Positions 8,593-17,465 of a DNA stretch of 64,000 bases are shown here, piece by piece. The stretch is from positions 7,901 through 71,900 of the forward strand of contig JASKKX010000001.1 of NCBI GenBank assembly GCA_030153935.1. The letters run 5' to 3'. How positions within the stretch are numbered: position 1 is the first letter of the stretch; each line of letters starts with the position of its first letter. The position numbers and the translations under genes are program-made. The DNA is from Verrucomicrobiota bacterium. GTDB lineage: Bacteria > Verrucomicrobiota > Kiritimatiellia > Kiritimatiellales > Tichowtungiaceae. The notes beneath the pieces are model-generated. The model was not told where the DNA came from. It worked only from the letters and a program-made list of their open reading frames with translations, and searched no databases.

Positions 8593-9636
8593 GTGAACAA
8601 GAAGGTTTTAGTGACCGGCGGAGCCGGATTTCTGGGGATCAATCTGATTCGCTACCTGATCCATCAGGGCGTGACCGATATGGTTTCGCTTGATCTTGCG
8701 GAGTTTGATTATCCGGAAAAAGACCGCGTAAAAATCATTCAGGGCGATATCCGGGACAGGGAAACCGTACGCAAGGCGATGGAGGGCGTTCAATGGGTTA
8801 TCCATACGGCCGCCGCCCTGCCGTTGTATAAAAAAGAAGAGATTTTTTCGACGGATATTGAAGGGACCGGAAATCTGCTCGAAGCCGCCGAACGTGAAAA
8901 AACGGAACGGTTCGTATACATCTCATCCACGGCGGTTTACGGCATTCCGGATCATCACCCGCTGCGTGAAGAGGACGAACTGATCGGGGTCGGTCCGTAC
9001 GGAGAATCAAAGATCAAGGCGGAAGAACTCTGCCTGGAATACCGGGAAAAAGGATTGTGTGTACCGATCATCCGGCCGAAGTCGTTCGTCGGTCCTGAAC
9101 GGCTCGGTGTCTTTGCCCTGTTCTATGACTGGGCCAAAGACGGTAAAAATTTCCCCATGATCGGCAGCGGAAACAACCGCTATCAGCTGCTGGATGTCGA
9201 AGATCTCTGCGAGGCGATCTATCTCTGTCTTATCAAGGACGCGGAACTGGCCAATGACACGTTCAACGTGGGGGCAACGGATTTCACGACGATGAAGGAG
9301 GACTATCAGGCGGTTCTCGACCGCGCCGGCTGCGGGAAGAAAGTGATCGGCACTCCGGCAAAACCGTTGATCTGGACTTTGCGTATTCTCGAATCTTTAC
9401 ACCTCTCGCCGCTCTACAAATGGGTGTATGAAACTGCCTGTGAGGATTCCTTCGTTTCCACGGATAAGATTGAGCAGCAGCTCCATTTTTATCCGAAATT
9501 TTCAAATAAGCAGGCGCTGGTGCGCAATTACGAGTGGTACCTGGCCAATCTGCATACGTTTGAAGGGAAGAACGGGGTTTCTCACCGTGTTCCCTGGAAG
9601 CAGGGTATTCTGAAATTCTTTAAAATCTTCTTCTGA
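8593..9636 (+). CDS. NAD-dependent epimerase/dehydratase family protein (extended SDR)
   Basis: Rossmann motif VLVTGGAGFLGINL, catalytic YGESK. I prefer the GTG start at 8593 (AGGAG at 8582-8586) over the track's 8554 start, which would overlap the thiL start. The start is uncertain; the stop is firm. Confidence 0.8.
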   Translation: MNKKVLVTGGAGFLGINLIRYLIHQGVTDMVSLDLAEFDYPEKDRVKIIQGDIRDRETVRKAMEGVQWVIHTAAALPLYKKEEIFSTDIEGTGNLLEAAEREKTERFVYISSTAVYGIPDHHPLREEDELIGVGPYGESKIKAEELCLEYREKGLCVPIIRPKSFVGPERLGVFALFYDWAKDGKNFPMIGSGNNRYQLLDVEDLCEAIYLCLIKDAELANDTFNVGATDFTTMKEDYQAVLDRAGCGKKVIGTPAKPLIWTLRILESLHLSPLYKWVYETACEDSFVSTDKIEQQLHFYPKFSNKQALVRNYEWYLANLHTFEGKNGVSHRVPWKQGILKFFKIFF

Positions 9637-9640
9637 ATTT

Positions 9641-10405
9641 ATGAGACCGCTTATTCTAACGATTCTTTGTGCAATTTTACTGGCCGGCTGCGGGAAAACC
9701 GATGTGCAGCGTGATGCGGCGGATGAACAAAACCCGCGCGTTCGCAAAGGGCTTGAACAGATGCATCTGAAAAACTGGGACGGCGCCATTGACCAGTTTG
9801 AAAAAGCCCTGGAGAAAGATCCGAAGCTGGCCCGGCCGGATCTGGAACTGGCGCTGATTTATCACCAGTATAAAGATGATTACGTCAGCGCCATCTATCA
9901 CTATAAACGCTATCTTAAAAAAAGACCCGACACCGAAAAGCGCCCGCTGATTATTGACTGGATCCGGCAGGCCAAAATTTCACTGGCCGGAGAGATCGGC
10001 CGTTCTTCGGGGGATATCTCCGACGAACTGATCCGGCTGAAACGCGAGAATAATCTGCTGCGTCAGCAGCTTGAAGCCTTTCAGGGAAAAACCGCACCGG
10101 CCCCGGCGGTCGCCAATGTGAAAACCATCCTGACCGAGCCTCCGCCGGTGAAAGCTGCGCCGGCAGCCGCGACTCCTGCAGCTGAACCCAAAAAAGTGAC
10201 GACTCCCGCGAAACCCGTTGAGCCGTCTGCTCCGGCGGTACCCCGCACTTACAAGGTCGTCCCCGGAGACACATTGTTCCGGATTGCCCGGAATGTGTAC
10301 GGAGACGGCAGTCAGTGGAAAAAAATTTACGAGGCCAACCGGGATACGATGCAGAATGAAAATGATCTGAAAGCCGGACAGATCATCACCATTCCCGTTC
10401 TGTAA
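9641..10405 (+). CDS. lipoprotein with TPR-like region, coiled coil, Pro/Ala linker and C-terminal LysM domain
   Basis: Lipobox LLAGC at residues 13-17. The C-terminus YKVVPGDTLFRIARNVYGDGSQWKKIYEANRDTMQNENDLKAGQIITIP is a textbook LysM. Confidence 0.8.
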   Translation: MRPLILTILCAILLAGCGKTDVQRDAADEQNPRVRKGLEQMHLKNWDGAIDQFEKALEKDPKLARPDLELALIYHQYKDDYVSAIYHYKRYLKKRPDTEKRPLIIDWIRQAKISLAGEIGRSSGDISDELIRLKRENNLLRQQLEAFQGKTAPAPAVANVKTILTEPPPVKAAPAAATPAAEPKKVTTPAKPVEPSAPAVPRTYKVVPGDTLFRIARNVYGDGSQWKKIYEANRDTMQNENDLKAGQIITIPVL

Positions 10406-10491
10406 AACAAACAGATGTATCTCCGTCTGCTCGAAAGAGCGCGGCGGCCGCCTGCTCTGCTCTTTCAGACGGTTCGTCCGGATGGCTTCTG

Positions 10492-10705
10492 CTATTCCTC
10501 TACGCCGATTATGATATTTGAGGCCTTCACAACGGCATAGGTTTCTTTCCCGACCGCAAGGCCGGGATTCTCAGCTGACTTTTTTGTGATGATCGACATC
10601 GCTTCAGATCCCGGGGCAACCTTCCAGGTCCATTTCCACATTCACAGCACCGATTTCAACCGCTCTGCCCGTTCCTCTCAGAACATTGCGCGCACTGATT
10701 CTCGT
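10492..10705 (-). pseudogene. mop: molybdenum-pterin-binding protein (Mop / TOBE domain) relic: start codon lost and one frameshift
   Basis: rc reading ACG-AGA-ATC-AGT-GCG-CGC-AAT... gives (T)RISARNVLRGTGRAVEIGAVNVEMDLEGCPGI, then a stop. Shifting one base continues SEAMSIITKKSAENPGLAVGKETYAVVKASNIIIGVEE to the stop at 10492-10494. Together this is a full-length ~69-aa Mop. A GGAAGGAG Shine-Dalgarno is intact upstream, but ACG sits where the ATG should be. Confidence 0.6.
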
Positions 10706-10920
10706 TTCCCAGCTCCTTCCGGTTGATTTTGAAGACAAAGTATTATTTTTCTTCTGTTAAACTCCGATTTTCTGAACAGGGGTTCACTGGCAGATTGCCG
10801 TAGTAACAAAAAAGAGCCGCTATCTGTTTTCTGCAGAAGAAAATCCTGATGCGCCGCAGGTTTTGATGTTATCATGCACAACCGATTGATGCTGAAAATT
10901 CAACCCACAAGGAGACCACC

Positions 10921-11925
10921 ATGACAGAGATCATCAGCCGCGAAATTCACCTCGTTTCCCGTCCGCAGGGGCTTCCGTCCGCAGACAACTTCACCATGGT
11001 GCAGACACGGCTGGAGCCGTTGCGGGATCAGCAGGTACTGGTTCGGAATCTGTTCATGTCGGTGGATCCCTACATGCGCGGCCGCATGATCGACAGGAAA
11101 TCCTATGTCCCGCCGTTCGAACTCGGCAAACCGCTCGACGGCAGCGCCGTCGGCGAGGTCATGGAGTCGCGCGCAGACGAGTTCAAACCGGGAGATATCG
11201 TCACGTCCGGCTTCGGCTGGCGGGAATACTTTATTGCTTCACCGAAAGAGCTGCATCCGGTCCGCCGAGACGTTCAGCCGCTTTCAGTCTACCTCGGGGT
11301 TCTCGGCATGCCCGGCATGACCGCCTGGGCCGGGTTAACGATGGTCGATGTCAAAGCCGGCGACATCGTTTATATTTCGGGGGCGGCCGGCGCCGTGGGC
11401 CATGTGGCCGGGCAGCTGGCCAAACTGCGCGGATGCCGGGTCATCGGGTCAGCCGGTTCGCCGGAGAAGGTGAAGTTTCTGCTGGAGGAATGCGGTTTTG
11501 ACGCCGCCTTCAATTATAAATCCGGTCCGATTTCCGACCAACTGAACCGGGCGGCGCCGGACGGGATTGATGTTTATTTCGATAATGTCGGCGGCGAAAC
11601 ACTCGAGGCCGCGCTCTCTGCCATGCGGCTGCACGGCCGCATTATCGCCTGCGGAAGCATATCCAGCTACAACGACGAAAAACCGCGGCCCGGACCCTCC
11701 AACTTATTTAACATAACCACCAAACGGCTGATGATGCAGGGACTGATCGTCCGCGACTGGATGGATCGGCAGAAAGAATTCGAAAAAGAGGTGCGTGCGT
11801 ATTTCCAGGACGGAAAATTGAAGAACAAGGAAACTGTTGTGGACGGGATTGATCAGGCCGTGGATGCATTTATCGGCCTGTTCAAGGGGCAGAACATCGG
11901 CAAGATGGTGGTGAGACTGACTTAG
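10921..11925 (+). CDS. NADP-dependent oxidoreductase, medium-chain dehydrogenase/reductase family (YncB/CurA/alkenal reductase-like)
   Basis: 334-aa ORF with [36 protein letters not shown] nucleotide-binding motif and overall MDR layout. Confidence 0.85.
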   Translation: MTEIISREIHLVSRPQGLPSADNFTMVQTRLEPLRDQQVLVRNLFMSVDPYMRGRMIDRKSYVPPFELGKPLDGSAVGEVMESRADEFKPGDIVTSGFGWREYFIASPKELHPVRRDVQPLSVYLGVLGMPGMTAWAGLTMVDVKAGDIVYISGAAGAVGHVAGQLAKLRGCRVIGSAGSPEKVKFLLEECGFDAAFNYKSGPISDQLNRAAPDGIDVYFDNVGGETLEAALSAMRLHGRIIACGSISSYNDEKPRPGPSNLFNITTKRLMMQGLIVRDWMDRQKEFEKEVRAYFQDGKLKNKETVVDGIDQAVDAFIGLFKGQNIGKMVVRLT

Positions 11926-11962
11926 TTTCGGCCGGCAACAGGATCAAAAGGAAGAAACGGAT

Positions 11963-12844
11963 ATGACGGAAAGGACGACGATGAAGATCAACTCAAAAGA
12001 GTTCTGTGTACAACCGGGTGAAAAAGTGAATCTCGAGAAAAGAGAAACGCTGGCTGCACCCGTTTATCAATCGAAGAAAGATTATAAAAAAATCCTGAAA
12101 AACCATGTGGAGGAGCTGAGTGCGCTGCAGAGTCTGCTCTATGCCGACAGCCGCTATTCAGTTCTGTTGATTTTTCAGGCCATGGATGCCGCCGGCAAAG
12201 ACGGCGTTATCAAACATGTGATGTCCGGTATTAATCCGCAGGGTTGTCAGGTTTTCAGTTTTAAACAGCCGAGCAGTGAGGAACTGAAACATGATTTTCT
12301 CTGGCGCACGACCCGCCGTCTGCCGGAACGCGGACGAATCGGTATTTTCAACCGTTCCTATTACGAAGAAGTACTTATTGTTCGCGTGCATCCGGAGATT
12401 CTCCGCGGCCAGGGGCTTCCGGCGGAATTGCTCGATGAGAAGACCATCTGGCAGGAGCGGTATCATTCCATCGTGAATCTGGAAGAGCATCTCCACCGCA
12501 ACGGCACCCGCATTATCAAGTTTTTTCTGCATCTGTCAAAAGACGAGCAACGGAAGCGTTTCCTTGACCGCATTGACGAGCCGGATAAAAACTGGAAATT
12601 CAGCGCGGCGGACCTGGAGGAACGGAAGTTCTGGAAGGACTACATGAATGCTTATGAAACCTGTCTGAGCGCAACCAGTACCGGTCACGCGCCGTGGTAT
12701 GTTGTCCCTGCCGACGACAAGAAAAACGCCCGGCTGATCGTCTCCCAGACCATCCTCGATGCACTCAAAAAACTGAAAATGGCCTATCCGGAGACGACTG
12801 CAGAACACCGGAAAGAATTGGAATCCATCCGCGAACAGCTCTAA
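11963..12844 (+). CDS. ppk2: polyphosphate kinase 2 family protein (polyphosphate:nucleotide phosphotransferase)
   Basis: 293-aa [18 protein letters not shown] (Walker A-like), [26 protein letters not shown] and lid region typical of PPK2. Confidence 0.9.
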   Translation: MTERTTMKINSKEFCVQPGEKVNLEKRETLAAPVYQSKKDYKKILKNHVEELSALQSLLYADSRYSVLLIFQAMDAAGKDGVIKHVMSGINPQGCQVFSFKQPSSEELKHDFLWRTTRRLPERGRIGIFNRSYYEEVLIVRVHPEILRGQGLPAELLDEKTIWQERYHSIVNLEEHLHRNGTRIIKFFLHLSKDEQRKRFLDRIDEPDKNWKFSAADLEERKFWKDYMNAYETCLSATSTGHAPWYVVPADDKKNARLIVSQTILDALKKLKMAYPETTAEHRKELESIREQL

Positions 12845-13007
12845 ACAAACGAACCAAACGAACTCTCATCTGCACTCTGCGTCGGCTCCGGCTGTCCTTT
12901 AACGGCGACCGAACTGCTGCTGAACCTGTTCTGCCTGCTGCGTTAGAAAGATACGCGGTGCAGACCGTTCCGTCTGAAATGAATTTAAAAAATCCGGGCG
13001 CAATGGG

Positions 13008-13025
13008 CGGTAGGGTTATACCCCA
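13008..13025 (+). promoter_or_regulatory. candidate operator/promoter motif CGGTAGGGTTATACCCCA (copy 1 of 2)
   Basis: 17/18 identical to 16841-16858, same orientation. Lies 110 nt upstream of the 49-aa membrane protein gene. Contains the imperfect palindrome GGGT-N3-ACCC. Function is inferred only. Confidence 0.3.
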
Positions 13026-13134
13026 CTGTAAAATGCCGGTTCATCGTCTAACCTGTTACAGAAGTAAAGGAAACCTATTTACGGGTCGTACTGTGTATGA
13101 CGACGTAAATTGCGGATATCGAAAGGAGCATTAT

Positions 13135-13284
13135 ATGTTATGGACGATTGCAGTAATACTCACAGCTTTATGGCTGTTGGGACTGATAAGCAGTTACACA
13201 ATGGGCGGATTTATTCATATCCTGTTGGTGATTGCCATTATCGTTGTCGTGATTCGAATTATTCAGGGCCGGCGTGTGTTGTAA
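13135..13284 (+). CDS. lmo0937-family small membrane protein (49 aa)
   Basis: MLWTIAVILTALWLLGLISSYTMGGFIHILLVIAIIVVVIRIIQGRRVL matches the pattern I recall for this two-TM mini-protein family. GAAAGGAG RBS at 13121-13128. Below the 60-aa ORF-track cutoff as an ATG-started ORF. Confidence 0.8.
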   Translation: MLWTIAVILTALWLLGLISSYTMGGFIHILLVIAIIVVVIRIIQGRRVL

Positions 13285-13315
13285 AACAAACCAGCCTGAA
13301 CACCGGAGTAAACCT

Positions 13316-13344
13316 GCCGCCCGGCAGGGATCGGCGGTTTTTTG
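13316..13344 (+). terminator. probable rho-independent terminator after the small membrane protein gene
   Basis: GCCGCC ... GGCGG stem followed by TTTTTTG (13338-13344), about 30 nt past the stop codon. Confidence 0.5.
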
Positions 13345-13493
13345 TTGAGCCGGTCACTCCGAAGGAACATATTCACTGCACCGCGGTGATGATACGCATC
13401 CGGCGGAGCCGGGCGCGGCGCAGTCGATTCGGAAACAGGAGCCGTTGCGGCTTTCCCGTCGGATTTTACGGGCAGAGATAAAGAGATAAAGGG

Positions 13494-14150
13494 ATGACGA
13501 AAATGAAATCTGCACTGAAAAGCCAACAGAAAAAACCTGTTAAGGCTGTCCGCGGGAAAACGTCTTCAGAGTTTCCATCGTCTTTCAATGCGGGTCTTCC
13601 GGTCGGAATTGAAACCCATCCGGCACCGAAAGCATCGATCCGTCTCCAGGCCATGGCCGATCAGCTGATTCTGCAGCGTTACGCCCCGCCGGGCGTGCTC
13701 GTCAACGACAGGGGCGACATCTTCTGCATCAGCGGACGAACCGGTAACTATCTGGAACCGGCCGGAGCCTTCCGGAAAGCACGCCGGCAAAAAGAATGTG
13801 TAACGCTTCACGGACTGAAGGTCGGTACCAATGGCGGGAAGCATGGCGTGGATGTAACCGTTCAGCGACTCGATGCCCCCGGACCGCTGCACGGCCTGGT
13901 GATGATTGTTTTCACCGACGTGCCAACGGATGCCAAAGAGGCGGATCATCCGGCAAAAACGCCCGCCCGCAGCGCGCGATTGGCAGAGCTGGAACAGGAA
14001 CTTCTGCAGGTCCGTGCCGAGGCGCGCAGGGTCCACGAAGAACTGCAGACCTCGCAGGAAGAGTTCCGGTCTGTCAACGAGGAACGGCAATCCACAAACG
14101 AAGAGCTGCCGACAACGTCAATGAACTTTCCCGAACCGGCAACGACATGA
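13494..14150 (+). CDS. sensor-kinase fragment 1: PAS-like input region plus (S/T)xEEL heptad coiled coil of the CheR-PAS/PAS_10 sensor family (frameshifted at its 3' end)
   Basis: ADQLILQRYAPPGVLVNDRGDIFCISGRTGNYLEP and ELQTSQEEFRSVNEERQSTNEEL are hallmarks of this family. The expected continuation (VNELSRTGNDMKNLLNST...) lies in the next frame, implying a 1-nt deletion near 14106-14110. Confidence 0.65.
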   Translation: MTKMKSALKSQQKKPVKAVRGKTSSEFPSSFNAGLPVGIETHPAPKASIRLQAMADQLILQRYAPPGVLVNDRGDIFCISGRTGNYLEPAGAFRKARRQKECVTLHGLKVGTNGGKHGVDVTVQRLDAPGPLHGLVMIVFTDVPTDAKEADHPAKTPARSARLAELEQELLQVRAEARRVHEELQTSQEEFRSVNEERQSTNEELPTTSMNFPEPATT

Positions 14151-14572
14151 AGAACCTGCTCAACAGCACGGATAGCGCCACCCTTTTTCTGGATAACGAT
14201 CTCAACGTGCGACGGTTCACCCCTCAGACGACAAAGATCATCAAACTCATCCCGTCCGATGCGGGGCGGCCGATTACCGACCTGGCTTCGGAACTGTGCT
14301 ATCCGGAGCTGTCCGCCGATGCACAGGGTCTGCGGACATTGGCTTTTACGGAAAAACCGATCAGCGCAGACAACGGTCGCTGGTTCACCGTGCGTATCAT
14401 GCCCTGCCGCACGCTGGACGACCGGATTGACGGCGTTGTAATCCCCTTCGTGGATGTCACCGCGGCCAAAGTGCCGAAGGCAAAGTCAAGGGCGAAGCAG
14501 ACCGATCTGGAAAAACAGGTCTTTGAACAATCCACGCAACGGGTGCCAAGAAAAAAAAGAACAAAATCCTGA
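14147..14572 (+). CDS. sensor-kinase fragment 2: PAS (PAS_10-type) domain
   Basis: NLLNSTDSATLFLDNDLNVRRFTPQTTKIIKLIPSDAGRPITDL...NGRWFTVRIMPCRTLDDRIDGVVIPFVDVTAAK is the conserved PAS_10 signature. The ORF stops at TGA 14570-14572, 12 nt after an A8 run. Confidence 0.7.
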   Translation: MKNLLNSTDSATLFLDNDLNVRRFTPQTTKIIKLIPSDAGRPITDLASELCYPELSADAQGLRTLAFTEKPISADNGRWFTVRIMPCRTLDDRIDGVVIPFVDVTAAKVPKAKSRAKQTDLEKQVFEQSTQRVPRKKRTKS

Positions 14573-14576
14573 TCTC

Positions 14577-15971
14577 ATGCAAAAGAAACCGAACCTTCCA
14601 CTGGATCCCGCTGAACTGCGCCGCCGTGCCGAAAACCGGTTGCGGAAGGGATTGAGTCATCCGGAAGAACCAACGTCAGAAGCTGATACACAACGCCTTC
14701 TTCACGAACTGCAGGTTCAACAGATTGAACTGGAAATGCAGAATGACGAACTGCAAGCCGCCCGGAATGAAATGGAGACGCTGCTGGAAAAATACACCGA
14801 CCTCTACGATTTCGCTCCAACCGGTTATTTCTCTCTGGATGAACGGGGGCAGGTCCTGGCGGTAAATTTAACAGGTGCCGGCATGCTCGGCATAGACCGC
14901 ACTCAACTCGTCAATCAGTCTCTGCCGCATTTTATGACGAAGGAAAGTCGTCCGGTTTTTTTATCTTTCCTTGAACAGATCTTTGCGCGACCGGAAAGAC
15001 AGTCCTGCGAAGCGACCGTTCTGAAAGCAGACGGCAACGCATTCTGGGCCGCCTTTCACGGTACATCCGCTCTCTCAATCCATGATCCGCAGAAATGGTC
15101 CCGGGTGACGGTTTCAGACATCACCGCCCTCAAGCGGGCGGAAGAGACGCGGCGCCACTTGAATACGATGGCCATTGCAAACCAGGCCCTGCAACAGGAA
15201 ATTATCCAGCGCCAGGCCGCGGAGGAAGACCTCCGGCAGAGTGAACGGCAGACCGGTCTTTTATTGGAACAGTCGCGCTACATGCAGGAACAGCTGCGTC
15301 TTCTGTCGCGCCGGGTTTTGTCAGTGCAGGAAGAAGAGCGCAAGAGAATCAGCCGTGAGCTGCATGATGAAATAACCCAGACGCTGATCGGTATCAATGT
15401 CCACCTGGAAACGCTGTCTCGGGAAGTAGCGGCCAATCCCAAGGGACTTCGGCAGAAGATCGCCCGGACACAAAAACTGGTGGAGGAGTCGGTGGATATT
15501 GTGCACCGGTTTGCCCAGGAATTGCGTCCGACCGTGCTGGACGATCTGGGGTTGATTCCCGCCCTGCACGCATTTATGAAAAATTTTATGAAAGAAACGG
15601 GGATCCGGGTGACCCTGAAAGCCTTTGCGGGAGTGGAAAAACTGAGCGGTGACAAGCGCACTGCGCTCTATCGCGTTGCTCAGGAGGCGCTCACCAACGT
15701 CGCCCGCCATGCACATGCCAGCCGAGCGGAAGTGAGCTTCAGGAAACTCCCGAATGCCGTCCACATGCAGATCAAAGACAACGGTCAATCCTTCGAGGTG
15801 AAAAGGGTGATTCCTCTCCGGGAAAACGTCCGGCTTGGCCTGCTCGGAATGAGAGAACGAATGGAAATGGTCGGCGGTACGCTTACCATTGACTCTGCAC
15901 CGGGCGACGGCACAACCATCCATGCGCAGATTCCGTCAAAAACCGGCGCCAAGGAGAGCCTCTGTTCATGA
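14577..15971 (+). CDS. PAS domain sensor histidine kinase (HisKA_3 + HATPase_c, NarX/DegS class)
   Basis: Coiled-coil LHELQVQQIELEMQNDELQ, a PAS domain, the H-box RISRELHDEITQTLIGI (HisKA_3), an N-box (QEALTNVARHA) and G-boxes (DNGQSF, GLLGMRERMEMVGGTL). ATG at 14577 chosen; the track ORF opens at 14454. Confidence 0.85.
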   Translation: MQKKPNLPLDPAELRRRAENRLRKGLSHPEEPTSEADTQRLLHELQVQQIELEMQNDELQAARNEMETLLEKYTDLYDFAPTGYFSLDERGQVLAVNLTGAGMLGIDRTQLVNQSLPHFMTKESRPVFLSFLEQIFARPERQSCEATVLKADGNAFWAAFHGTSALSIHDPQKWSRVTVSDITALKRAEETRRHLNTMAIANQALQQEIIQRQAAEEDLRQSERQTGLLLEQSRYMQEQLRLLSRRVLSVQEEERKRISRELHDEITQTLIGINVHLETLSREVAANPKGLRQKIARTQKLVEESVDIVHRFAQELRPTVLDDLGLIPALHAFMKNFMKETGIRVTLKAFAGVEKLSGDKRTALYRVAQEALTNVARHAHASRAEVSFRKLPNAVHMQIKDNGQSFEVKRVIPLRENVRLGLLGMRERMEMVGGTLTIDSAPGDGTTIHAQIPSKTGAKESLCS

Positions 15972-16657
15972 TTTCTAAAAATAAATGTATTACTGTACTG
16001 CTGGCGGAAGACCACCAGATCGTCCGGGAAGGGCTGCGGAAAATCCTGGAGACCGAGAGCGACATCGAAGTCGCCGGCGAAGCCTCCACCGGGCGGCAGG
16101 CCGTAACCCTGGTTCGGAAACTCCGTCCAGCGGTGGTCGTCATGGATATTGCCATGCCGCTGCTCAACGGCATAGAAGCTACGCGGCAGATTCTCGCCGC
16201 CGTGCCTGAAACCAAAGTACTCATCCTCTCCGCCCACAGTGATGATGCCTATATCGAAAAAGCGACCGCATTGGGAGCGTCGGGATTCCTGCTTAAGCAA
16301 ACCTCCGCCCATGTACTGTCCGATGCCATACGGGAAATTGAAAAGGGAAACACCTTTTTCAGTCCCTCCGTTGCCAAGAGACTCCGTCGTTACCATCAGA
16401 CCGCGCTGGACCGAAAAGGCCGACCCAAAACAACGGGAATCGACCTGACACCGCGAGAAATGGAGGTACTTCAACTGATTGCTGAAGGCGAGGCCAACAA
16501 ACAAATTGCAACAGAACTTGGCATCAGCATCAAGACGGTAGAGAAGCATCGGAGCCATCTCATGCAAAAGCTCGCCATCCACGATACGGCGGGCCTCACC
16601 CGCTATGCGATCGAAAAAGGGATCATTGAAAGCCATGTTCAGTTGACGATCATCTAG
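15968..16657 (+). CDS. response regulator transcription factor, NarL/FixJ (REC + LuxR-type HTH) family
   Basis: 229-aa ORF overlapping the kinase stop by 4 nt. VLLAEDH...VVVMDIAMPLLNG receiver and LTPREMEVLQLIAEGEANKQIATELGISIKTVEKHRSHLMQKL HTH. Confidence 0.9.
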   Translation: MISKNKCITVLLAEDHQIVREGLRKILETESDIEVAGEASTGRQAVTLVRKLRPAVVVMDIAMPLLNGIEATRQILAAVPETKVLILSAHSDDAYIEKATALGASGFLLKQTSAHVLSDAIREIEKGNTFFSPSVAKRLRRYHQTALDRKGRPKTTGIDLTPREMEVLQLIAEGEANKQIATELGISIKTVEKHRSHLMQKLAIHDTAGLTRYAIEKGIIESHVQLTII

Positions 16658-16792
16658 CGATCCGCCGGATTGGGAAAACGGAATCTCCGGGTCCATCGCT
16701 CCTTTCCCGGTCTTTGCGTCTGGAAGCAATCGAAAGACTCTCTCTTGCTTCGTCTGAGTCCAGGGGTTGGAAAAAGGCGGAAAATTTTGCGC

Positions 16793-16820
16793 GTTTTTTA
16801 TCGTTCGTTTTTTATCGTTC
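16793..16820. repeat. perfect tandem direct repeat GTTTTTTATCGTTC x2
   Basis: Read directly. Lies in the intergenic region between the response regulator and the lipoprotein gene, 21 nt upstream of motif copy 2. Confidence 0.8.
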
Positions 16821-16840
16821 ATACTTCTCTCACCTGCCTC

Positions 16841-16858
16841 CGGTAGGGTTACACCCCA
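16841..16858 (+). promoter_or_regulatory. candidate operator/promoter motif CGGTAGGGTTACACCCCA (copy 2 of 2)
   Basis: 17/18 identical to 13008-13025. Lies 126 nt upstream of the lipoprotein gene start and downstream of the NarL-type regulator gene. Confidence 0.3.
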
Positions 16859-16983
16859 TAGCAAACAAACAACCCGCTGTGTAATCTCCTTATAAAACAG
16901 AGTCGGGATCAGAAGAGCGGCGCACCTGCCGGGAATTCCCTCTCAAGAACAGAAACAGAAACTGGTTAGAAAAGGAAAAGAGT

Positions 16984-17388
16984 ATGAAAACTATAATTGC
17001 AGGCTTTATGATGCTGTCTTTGATGGCTGTAGCAGGATGCCAGTCCACAATGAGTCCCAAAGGCGGAACCCTGTCCCAGAAAAAAGAATTCACAATCAGT
17101 GTTCCGGCGCACACTACCCTCAAACAGGGCGAGAGTGCATTTGTTACTGTCGCGCTGAACAGAAGCCCCTATTTCAAGCAGGACGTACAACTGGACATTA
17201 AATCAGAGAACATTGATGTAACGCCAATGAACGTTCTGATTAAAGCGAGTGAACTGCCGGAAGCACGGCTTCAGATCACGGCAGCCGAGGACGCAGCTCT
17301 CGGCATGTATCGTGTTAATGTGAAAGGAACGCCGACAACCGGAAAACCAACCTCCGCAGAATTCACTGTGAACGTTGTCACTCCGTAG
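16984..17388 (+). CDS. hypothetical lipoprotein (beta-rich, about 115 aa mature)
   Basis: 134-aa ORF. Signal peptide plus lipobox MMLSLMAVAGC. No family recognised. Confidence 0.7.
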   Translation: MKTIIAGFMMLSLMAVAGCQSTMSPKGGTLSQKKEFTISVPAHTTLKQGESAFVTVALNRSPYFKQDVQLDIKSENIDVTPMNVLIKASELPEARLQITAAEDAALGMYRVNVKGTPTTGKPTSAEFTVNVVTP

Positions 17389-17465
17389 TTCCCCTCCCCC
17401 CGAACAGGACAATCGATAAAGTAATCCCACCTGTCATTTGCAGGACGCAAACGACAGGTAAACGG

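Noticed and set aside
10706-10860. Possible Moco (molybdenum cofactor) riboswitch in the leader of the mop relic.
   Set aside because: I could not find the conserved Moco-motif blocks as I remember them (for example the CCUCCGAG-type element). Only generic hairpins are present. This would need cmsearch with Rfam RF01055.
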